From contig CAYZIY010000001.1 of the NCBI GenBank assembly GCA_964478715.1, forward strand, positions 9,088 through 73,087: 64,000 nucleotides of DNA, given 5' to 3'. Positions 57,011 to 64,000 of this stretch are shown here, one piece after another. The stretch's first letter is position 1. The number at the start of each line of letters is the position of its first letter. A program made the position numbers and the translations under genes. The DNA is from an uncultured Planctomycetales bacterium (lineage in GTDB: Bacteria; Omnitrophota; Gorgyraeia; Zapsychrales; JBDRMG01). A model generated the notes under the pieces. It had not been told where the DNA came from. It saw nothing but the letters and a program-made list of their open reading frames with translations, and searched no databases.

Positions 57011-57457
57011 ATGGCAAGTTTAAATAAGGTTTTATTGATGGGAAACCTGACGAAAGATCCCGAATTACGCTACACGCCAAGCGGCATAGCGGTTGTTAAT
57101 TTGCGGTTGGCCGTTAATCGTAAATACAAAGACAAAAGCGGCGAACCGAAAGAAGAAACATGTTTTGTGACGGTAACAGCATGGGATAAGCAGGCCGAAG
57201 TTTGCAATCAGTATCTGCAGAAGGGTCGTTTGATTATGGTGGAAGGCCGGCTTCAGTCGCGACAATGGGAGACCAATGACGGTCAAAAAAGAAATACTAT
57301 TGATGTGCGAGCTGAGCGTGTTCAGTTTCTGGGATCGCGATCGTCATCGACATCGGATGGTTCTTCGGGGAATTCCTATTCCTCAAATCAGCCTTCCGAA
57401 GCCAGTTTAAGTAAAACAGAAAATATATCATGGGATGAGGAGGAGAAAATTGCCTAG
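57011..57457 (+). CDS. ssb: Single-stranded DNA-binding protein
   Basis: GGAGG RBS; '[21 protein letters not shown]', '[11 protein letters not shown]'. Confidence 0.95.
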   Translation: MASLNKVLLMGNLTKDPELRYTPSGIAVVNLRLAVNRKYKDKSGEPKEETCFVTVTAWDKQAEVCNQYLQKGRLIMVEGRLQSRQWETNDGQKRNTIDVRAERVQFLGSRSSSTSDGSSGNSYSSNQPSEASLSKTENISWDEEEKIA

Positions 57458-57710
57458 TAGAAAGCTATCCAGAAAAAGAAAACCGAGATCGAGGGGTCTT
57501 GCCAGTCGGCGGACAGCTGGGAAATTCCGTTTAACACCCGGAACGAAGATTGACTATAAGGAATTTAATTTACTCAAGAAATTCATTACTGAACGCGGAA
57601 AGATTCTTTCTCGCCGTATTATCGGTACCTCTCCCAAGGAACAGCGATTGATTGCCCGAGAAGTCAAGCGGGCCCGTTATTTGGGGCTGCTTCCTACCGG
57701 AGCGCGGTAG
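57450..57710 (+). CDS. rpsR: 30S ribosomal protein S18
   Basis: TTG start after GAGGAGGAG; 'IDYK', '[12 protein letters not shown]', '[10 protein letters not shown]'. Confidence 0.93.
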   Translation: MPSRKLSRKRKPRSRGLASRRTAGKFRLTPGTKIDYKEFNLLKKFITERGKILSRRIIGTSPKEQRLIAREVKRARYLGLLPTGAR

Positions 57711-57739
57711 TACCCAATAAGCATTGAAGGAGCAAGCCA

Positions 57740-58183
57740 ATGGATGTGATACTTTGTGAGGATATTAAAAATTTGGGCAAGACCGGAGATGTCATTCATG
57801 TTAAAGAAGGTTTCGCCCGTAATTTTCTTCTTCCCAAGAAGAAAGCTTATCCGGCCACGCAAGCCAATATCAAGCGAATCGAAAAGAGAAAACAAGAGCT
57901 TAAGCAGAAGGCCGAAGAACAAAAAGTACAGGCTCAAGAATTAGCGGAGCAACTTTCTCATATTTCCTGTACGGTGGCGGTAGAAGTTAATGATATTGAG
58001 AAAATGTACGGTTCCGTGACAGAAAAAGAGATCAGTCAGGCTATTACGAGTGAAGGTTTTGAGGTTGATATTAATGCCATCAGGCTTGAAAAACCCATCG
58101 AAGAATTGGGAATTTATGAAGTCGCCGTGAATCTTCATCCTGAGGTAGAAGCCAAAGTTCGGGTGTGGGTGACTAAGAAATAG
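57740..58183 (+). CDS. rplI: 50S ribosomal protein L9
   Basis: 'LGKTGDVIHVKEGFARNFLLP', 'YGSV', 'LHPEV'. Confidence 0.96.
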   Translation: MDVILCEDIKNLGKTGDVIHVKEGFARNFLLPKKKAYPATQANIKRIEKRKQELKQKAEEQKVQAQELAEQLSHISCTVAVEVNDIEKMYGSVTEKEISQAITSEGFEVDINAIRLEKPIEELGIYEVAVNLHPEVEAKVRVWVTKK

Positions 58184-58223
58184 ACGGCTTATATTTGTTG
58201 CTTTTTAACAGCATTGTTTTATT

Positions 58224-59612
58224 ATGGCTAATCAAAAGATAAAGTCAGTGGAGAACTCTTCCTTCCAGATGGACAGCGAGTTGACCAATCTGAAAGTTCA
58301 ACCGCAAAATCTTGACGCGGAACGTTCCGTTCTGGGGTCGATGTTAATCGATGATGAGGCTGTCGGACATGCGATCGAGTCGGTCACATCCGAGTCTTTT
58401 TATGCCCCGGCCCATCAGATGATTTATTCTGCCGTTATCGATCTTTTTAATCATCAGAAAAATGTAGATATCATTACCGTTTCGGATAAACTGAAAAGCG
58501 ACGGATTACTCGAGAAATCCGGCGGGATCACTTATCTGACCCAGATTATCGAAAGCGTTCCAACGGCCGCAAATATTGAACATTATGCCAATATCGTCAA
58601 GGAGAAAAGCATTCAGCGGTCTTTAATCAAAACCGCCACGCATATTATTCAGCAAAGCTATCGGCCCGGGGTAGAGATCGATGATTTGGTGGATAAGGCG
58701 GAACAGATGATTTTTGAGGTTGCGGTTTCACGGCAGAGTCAAAAATCTCTTCATATTAAAGATATTATTCGTGATAGCATTGAAGCCATCGATAAGCTTT
58801 ATCAGCGCAAAGAACATGTCACCGGTATCGCGACGGGTTTTCTGGATTTCGATCACAAAACGTCGGGTCTGCAAAAATCTGATCTGGTTATCGTGGCCGG
58901 TCGTCCTTCTATGGGAAAGAGCGCTTTTGCCGTGTCCATTGCCGAAAATGCCGCGTTGGTTGATAAGAAGGGTGTGGCCTTTTTCAGCCTGGAGATGTCG
59001 AAAGAACAGTTAGTCCAAAGAATGCTCTGTTCTCATGCCCGGGTGGATGCTCATCGGGTACGGTCGGGATTTCTTTCTCCGTCTGATTGGCCGCATTTGA
59101 CATCCGCGGCCGGAAAACTCTCCAATGCTCCCGTTTTTATCGATGACACGCCGGCTATTTCCGCATTGGAACTAAGAGCTAAAGCCCGACGGCTGAAATC
59201 CAATTATGATATTCAAATGATTGTTTTGGATTATTTGCAGTTAATGCGGGGCTCCAGCCGGACGGAAAGCCGTCAGCAGGAAATATCCGAAATTTCCCGT
59301 TCTATTAAGGCTTTAGCCCGCGAATTAGATATTCCTATTATCGCTATTAGCCAGTTGTCCAGGGCGGTGGAGAGCCGCATGGACCATCGACCGCAACTTT
59401 CGGATTTACGTGAATCCGGAGCGATTGAGCAAGATGCGGATGTCGTGGTTTTGATTATGCGCGAAGAGTACTATAATCCTACCGAGGAAAACAGAGGCCT
59501 CGCCGATGTCATCATTGCCAAGCAGCGTAACGGTCCGGTGGGAACTGTGAAACTGTCTTTCATTAAAGAATATATGCGTTTTGAAAACCTGGCGCAAACT
59601 CAAGAGGGGTAA
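58224..59612 (+). CDS. dnaB: Replicative DNA helicase
   Basis: 'AGRPSMGKS', 'FSLEM', 'DYLQL', 'SDLRESGAIEQDAD', 'KQRNGP'; no intein. Confidence 0.98.
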   Translation: MANQKIKSVENSSFQMDSELTNLKVQPQNLDAERSVLGSMLIDDEAVGHAIESVTSESFYAPAHQMIYSAVIDLFNHQKNVDIITVSDKLKSDGLLEKSGGITYLTQIIESVPTAANIEHYANIVKEKSIQRSLIKTATHIIQQSYRPGVEIDDLVDKAEQMIFEVAVSRQSQKSLHIKDIIRDSIEAIDKLYQRKEHVTGIATGFLDFDHKTSGLQKSDLVIVAGRPSMGKSAFAVSIAENAALVDKKGVAFFSLEMSKEQLVQRMLCSHARVDAHRVRSGFLSPSDWPHLTSAAGKLSNAPVFIDDTPAISALELRAKARRLKSNYDIQMIVLDYLQLMRGSSRTESRQQEISEISRSIKALARELDIPIIAISQLSRAVESRMDHRPQLSDLRESGAIEQDADVVVLIMREEYYNPTEENRGLADVIIAKQRNGPVGTVKLSFIKEYMRFENLAQTQEG

Positions 59613-59615
59613 AAG

Positions 59616-61988
59616 ATGACCAAGAGAAGACTTTTCTGGATTTTCGTTTACGGACTGAGCATTTTGGCCATCGCATTCAAGCCGACGGAGGTTTTAGCTC
59701 AATTTGAAGAACAGGCTGAAGAAATATCTCAACAGCAGTCTCAAGCGAAAGAGTTAGAAGATGATGGGGAAAAAGTATCGGCTATAGAAATCGTGGGGAA
59801 CAAAACCATCGGCGTTTCAACCATCCTCTCTAAAGTTAAAACGAGGGTAGGAGATCCGTATCGACAAAATGTGATAAGCGATGACCTTAAACGACTTTAT
59901 AATATGGGTTATTTTTCGGATGTCAGCGTGGATCGAGAGGTTAAAGAAGGAGGTTTTAAGGTTATTTTCTATCTTCAGGAAAAACCTATTGTTGAGAAAA
60001 TCTCGTTTACCCGGCTCAATTATTATAATCCCCGCAAACTGTTGATTAAGCTGCAGACGCAGGAAGGAAAATTTTTGGATCAAAAACTTCTTAAAGATGA
60101 TGTCCAAACGATTAAAGATCTCTATACTAAAAAAGGACTGACCAATGTTTTGGTTGATGTAGAAACCGAAATGGACGAGACAACCAATAAAGCGAGGATT
60201 CATTTTATCATCGACGAAGGAAGCCGACTCAGAGTAACCCAGCTGCGTTTTTCGGGTAGTGACAGCTTCTCTCGCTCAAGGCTTATGCGGGTGATCAAAT
60301 CACGACCAAAATGTATCTGGACCCTCACACCCGGTTATCTAAAGAAAGATATCCTTAAAGAAGACATGGATCGCTTGAGAGCTTTTTATGAGCGGGAAGG
60401 TTTCATCGATATGACTTGCGATTATCAGATTGAAGAGATCAGCGATGGTCGTCTGAAAATTACCATCGCAATCGATGAAGGAAATCAATATAGAGTGGGT
60501 CAAATTGACATTCAAAACAATGACGTAATCAATGAACAGAAAATTCTTGATACCATGGAATATATTCAATCCGGGAATGTTTTTAGCCGGGACAAGCTGG
60601 CATTTGACATTGACCGAATCCAATCGCTTTATTTTGATAAAGGATATATTTTTAGTTCGGTACGCGAATCTACTGTTCTTGATCCGCAGACAGGAAAAGT
60701 AGATGTAACCCTTGACATCAGAGAAGGAGAGTTGGCTTATTTAAATACTATCAAAATTCAAGGTAATACTTCGACTCGCGATATCGTTATTCGCCGTGAG
60801 TTGAGGATGTATCCCGGAGAAAAAGTTGACGGAGAAAAATTACGGCGAAGCAAAGAACGGTTGAGAAATCTGGGGTATTTTGAAGAGATCGGCTATGATA
60901 TTGAGAGTACGGATTCCCCCAACAGAAAAGATTTGGTTGTTCAGGTCAAGGAGGCGAAAACGGGGAGCTTTAGCTTCGGCGGTGGTTATAGCACAGTGGA
61001 TCAGGTTGTGGGCTTTATTGAAGTCGAGCAGAAAAATTTTGATTTTACCAACTGGCCGACATTTACCGGTGGCGGTCAGCACTTATCTCTTCGTTTTGAA
61101 GCCGGTTCTTTGCGCAACAATGCCCGTTTGAGTTTCACTGAGCCATGGCTGTTTGACTATCCGATATCAGCCGGTTTCGACGTTTATCGTCGTCAAAAGC
61201 TCAAAGACCAGGATGTGGGCTACGCTTATGATGAAAAGCGAACCGGCGGCAATCTCCGTTTGGGCAAGCAGTTTGATGAATATCTTTCAGGAGGAGTGAC
61301 CTACCGAAATGAGGAGATTACCATTGATAATATCGACGAGGATGTAACCATCGAACTGGCCAGAGAAGAGGGAACCAATACGGTGAGCATGTTGACGTTT
61401 CACTTGGCGCGTGATACGCGTGACAATGTTTTCAGTCCGAAAAAAGGCTATCGGATCAGCAGCGTGGTGGATTGGGCCGGCGGCGCGTTGGGCGGAGATA
61501 AAGACTTCTATCGTATTCAAAACATTTTTAGTTATTACATACCCTTTAAGTGGGAGTCGGTTGTAGAGTTGCGGCTCAAAACAGGATTTGCAGATACTTA
61601 CGACGATACGGAAGTTGTTCCAATTTTTGAGCGCTTTTTTGCCGGCGGATCGCGTTCAATTCGCGGTTATAACGAGCGTAAAGTTGGTCCTATCGATGAT
61701 GCGACTGAAGACCCCATCGGCGGGGAAAGTCTTCTTGTCGGTAATATCGAGTATACGATTCCTTTGGTTGATTTTATGAAATTGGCTGCCTTTTACGATT
61801 TCGGTAATGTTTGGAAAAATGTCAGCGACTTTGGAAGCGGGGAGCTTAAATCTGGTGTCGGTTTGGGATTAAGGATTAGGACACCGATTGGACCCGTTAG
61901 TTTGGATTATGGCTATCCATTGAATGATGAACCGGGTGAAGAAAAACGGCAGGGTAAATTCTATTTTAGCATTTCCCGTGGTTTTTAA
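59616..61988 (+). CDS. bamA: Outer membrane protein assembly factor BamA
   Basis: Signal peptide, POTRA repeats, 'IRGY' motif, C-terminal 'FYFSISRGF'. Confidence 0.95.
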   Translation: MTKRRLFWIFVYGLSILAIAFKPTEVLAQFEEQAEEISQQQSQAKELEDDGEKVSAIEIVGNKTIGVSTILSKVKTRVGDPYRQNVISDDLKRLYNMGYFSDVSVDREVKEGGFKVIFYLQEKPIVEKISFTRLNYYNPRKLLIKLQTQEGKFLDQKLLKDDVQTIKDLYTKKGLTNVLVDVETEMDETTNKARIHFIIDEGSRLRVTQLRFSGSDSFSRSRLMRVIKSRPKCIWTLTPGYLKKDILKEDMDRLRAFYEREGFIDMTCDYQIEEISDGRLKITIAIDEGNQYRVGQIDIQNNDVINEQKILDTMEYIQSGNVFSRDKLAFDIDRIQSLYFDKGYIFSSVRESTVLDPQTGKVDVTLDIREGELAYLNTIKIQGNTSTRDIVIRRELRMYPGEKVDGEKLRRSKERLRNLGYFEEIGYDIESTDSPNRKDLVVQVKEAKTGSFSFGGGYSTVDQVVGFIEVEQKNFDFTNWPTFTGGGQHLSLRFEAGSLRNNARLSFTEPWLFDYPISAGFDVYRRQKLKDQDVGYAYDEKRTGGNLRLGKQFDEYLSGGVTYRNEEITIDNIDEDVTIELAREEGTNTVSMLTFHLARDTRDNVFSPKKGYRISSVVDWAGGALGGDKDFYRIQNIFSYYIPFKWESVVELRLKTGFADTYDDTEVVPIFERFFAGGSRSIRGYNERKVGPIDDATEDPIGGESLLVGNIEYTIPLVDFMKLAAFYDFGNVWKNVSDFGSGELKSGVGLGLRIRTPIGPVSLDYGYPLNDEPGEEKRQGKFYFSISRGF

Positions 61989-62018
61989 TCAACGAAATGA
62001 AAAAAAGGAGGTTGTAAA

Positions 62019-62522
62019 ATGAGAAGGCTCCCATTAATGGTGCTGGTGGCTGTGTTAGCAGGGGGGTTGATTTTCAGTCAGGCTCTCTGGGCTCAGGAAG
62101 CAAAAAAGATTGCTTATGTCGATATCGGACAGTTATTTGACGGGCATGCCAAGCGCAAACAATATGATGAAATACTCGAAACAAAATTCGACCAATACGA
62201 GGAGCAATATAATGAAATGCGGGATAATATTCTCAATTCGATGGGGAAATTGTCCCTTTTAAAAGACGAAGAAAAAGAAAAACTCCAAGAGAAAATCGAC
62301 AAGCAAAGAGCCGAGTTGGAACAATTCGAGCGACAAAAAGGAACGGATTTGAAGCAGGAAAGAGATGAAAAGATTCGGGAGATCCTTCTGGACATCGAGC
62401 AGATTATTAGAGACTTTGCCGAAAAAAATAAATACGATATTATTCTTAACGATAAAGTCTTGATTTATGGCAATCAATCTCTTGATGTCACCAAAGAAAT
62501 TCTTAATGAAATGAATAAGTAA
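62019..62522 (+). CDS. skp: OmpH/Skp periplasmic chaperone
   Basis: Signal peptide; 'KIAYVD', coiled coil, 'YDIIL...LDVTKEIL'; between bamA and lpxD. Confidence 0.9.
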   Translation: MRRLPLMVLVAVLAGGLIFSQALWAQEAKKIAYVDIGQLFDGHAKRKQYDEILETKFDQYEEQYNEMRDNILNSMGKLSLLKDEEKEKLQEKIDKQRAELEQFERQKGTDLKQERDEKIREILLDIEQIIRDFAEKNKYDIILNDKVLIYGNQSLDVTKEILNEMNK

Positions 62523-62560
62523 ATTCATCGAAGGTTCCATCTTAGAAAAATTAATTGAGA

Positions 62561-63625
62561 ATGAAAAGAACGATCAAGGAAATAGCACAGTTTATTGATG
62601 GTGAAATTATCGGGAACCCCGAGCTTATTATTACGGGGCTTTCGGGGATAAAAGAGGCGAGAGAGGGTCATTTGACATTTTTGGCCAATTCTAAATATGC
62701 CTCCTTGCTCTTAAAGACGCAGGCCTCGGCTGTTATCGTTGAGAAAAAGGTTGATTTGCGTGATAAATGCATTATTCGTACCGATAATCCTTCCTGGGCG
62801 TTTGCAAAAATTGTTACCCGGGAAATAGGAGAAGATTCTTTCCAGACGACGGGGATTCATCCCCAGGCTTTTATTGCCGATGATGCCCAGATTGCTGATA
62901 ATGTCAGCATCGGGCCGTTTGCCGTGATAGCCAGCAAGACCCGTATCGGCAGGGGATCGGTGATCGGGGCGGGATGTTTTATCGGACATCAAACGTCTTT
63001 GGGTGAAAATTGCTTGATTTATCCCAATACGACAATCCGAGAAAGGATTCATATCGGTAATCGCGTCATTATTCACAGCGGAACAGTGATTGGTTGTGAC
63101 GGGTTCGGTTTTGTTAATGTTGAGGGGGTGCATGAAAAAATTCCGCAGATTGGAAAAGTAGTTATTGAAGATGACGTGGAAATAGGAGCCAATGTTACCG
63201 TTGATCGCGCTCGGTTTGACAAAACATTGATCGGGCGGGGAACCAAAATCGATAACTTGGTTCAGATTGCCCATAATGTTCAAATCGGAGAAAATTGTAT
63301 TATTGTGGCCCAGGTTGGCGTTTCGGGAAGTACGATGATAGAAAAAAACGCGATTCTAGCCGGACAGGTCGGCGTGATCGGTCACTTGACAATCGGCGAG
63401 GGTGCTGTCATTGCCGCACAGTCGGGTGTTTCTAAGTCAGTCAAGCCGCATACGAAGGTGTTCGGATCACCCGCGAAACCTTATGCGCAGGCGTATAGAG
63501 TTCATGCTTGTCTTCAGAAACTTCCGGATACTCTGAAAGAAATTGGGGACCTTAAAAAGAAAGTAAAATCTTTGGAATCACGATTCCTGAGTGATATTGA
63601 TGGAAAAGAAAAAAACAATTCGTAA
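62561..63625 (+). CDS. lpxD: UDP-3-O-acyl-glucosamine N-acyltransferase
   Basis: 'LTFLANSKY', hexapeptide repeats, 'DGFGF', '[12 protein letters not shown]'. Confidence 0.96.
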   Translation: MKRTIKEIAQFIDGEIIGNPELIITGLSGIKEAREGHLTFLANSKYASLLLKTQASAVIVEKKVDLRDKCIIRTDNPSWAFAKIVTREIGEDSFQTTGIHPQAFIADDAQIADNVSIGPFAVIASKTRIGRGSVIGAGCFIGHQTSLGENCLIYPNTTIRERIHIGNRVIIHSGTVIGCDGFGFVNVEGVHEKIPQIGKVVIEDDVEIGANVTVDRARFDKTLIGRGTKIDNLVQIAHNVQIGENCIIVAQVGVSGSTMIEKNAILAGQVGVIGHLTIGEGAVIAAQSGVSKSVKPHTKVFGSPAKPYAQAYRVHACLQKLPDTLKEIGDLKKKVKSLESRFLSDIDGKEKNNS

Positions 63626-64000
63626 ATCAGTTTCTGTCGAAGGTATCGGATTGCATACCGGTCAAAAGGTTCGCATGATGTTTAAGCCTGCTTCGGCCAA
63701 TAGCGGCATCGCTTTTATTCGTACGGATTTGCCGAATAGGCCGAGAATCGAAGCGCATTTGGATAATGTCGTTAAAGATATTATTCCCCGCTGCACTTCA
63801 ATTGGGAAAGACGGTGCATATATTTATACAATCGAGCATCTGATGAGCGTTTTGTATGGTTTGGGGATCGATAATCTGGATATTGAAATTGATAGTCAAG
63901 AGGTGCCAGGCTTAGACGGAAGTGGCTTGAATTTCCTGAAGCTGCTCAAAGAATCGGGGCTTAAAGAACAGGAGGCCGAGCGTCGCTATTTTGAAATTCG
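63600..64000 (+). CDS. lpxC: UDP-3-O-acyl-GlcNAc deacetylase, 3'-truncated by window edge (not in ORF track)
   Basis: [21 protein letters not shown], 'FIRTDL', 'TIEHLMS', 'GIDNL', 'PGLDGS'. Confidence 0.95.
   Translation, partial: MEKKKTIRKSVSVEGIGLHTGQKVRMMFKPASANSGIAFIRTDLPNRPRIEAHLDNVVKDIIPRCTSIGKDGAYIYTIEHLMSVLYGLGIDNLDIEIDSQEVPGLDGSGLNFLKLLKESGLKEQEAERRYFEI

Noticed and set aside
58224-59612. Intein in DnaB
   Set aside because: Normal length (462 aa) with contiguous motifs.

Overview
Gene-dense chromosomal core region of a diderm bacterium, almost entirely on the + strand. Ca. Omnitrophota or another PVC-group lineage is my inference from bamA-skp-lpxD-lpxC, a Zn-ribbon SpoVG, a PurS-fused PurL and a TsaC-phosphatase fusion; it was not checked by search. 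The window starts at the end of a glycan-modification cluster, then passes through mixed envelope and signalling genes including terB-tatA-tatC-cation/chloride transporter. A purine cluster (purB, C, L, Q, M, D, E) runs into tsaC-PTP, rpiB, glyA, nrdR and RNA-metabolism genes. It ends with hisG, ispE-spoVG-tRNA-Gln-glmU-prs-rplY-pth-rpsF-ssb-rpsR-rplI-dnaB-bamA-skp-lpxD-lpxC. I saw no mobile elements, CRISPR arrays or rRNA. The most notable items are: (1) a 30-aa (TAKKK)n histone-H1/protamine-like peptide missing from the ORF track, convergent on a DUF4032-like protein with a similar Lys-rich tail; (2) two more small basic ORFs missing from the track, one bS22/mS38-like; (3) a REC-GGDEF-MshEN-like gene split by one extra C in a C7 run; (4) a Pcm with a lipoprotein signal; (5) a loop-less, probably CC-adding tRNA nucleotidyltransferase; (6) a macrodomain-like/NUDIX fusion; (7) a YchF with degenerate motifs; (8) three apparently leaderless genes. 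All calls rest on motif recognition by eye; no database searches were run.
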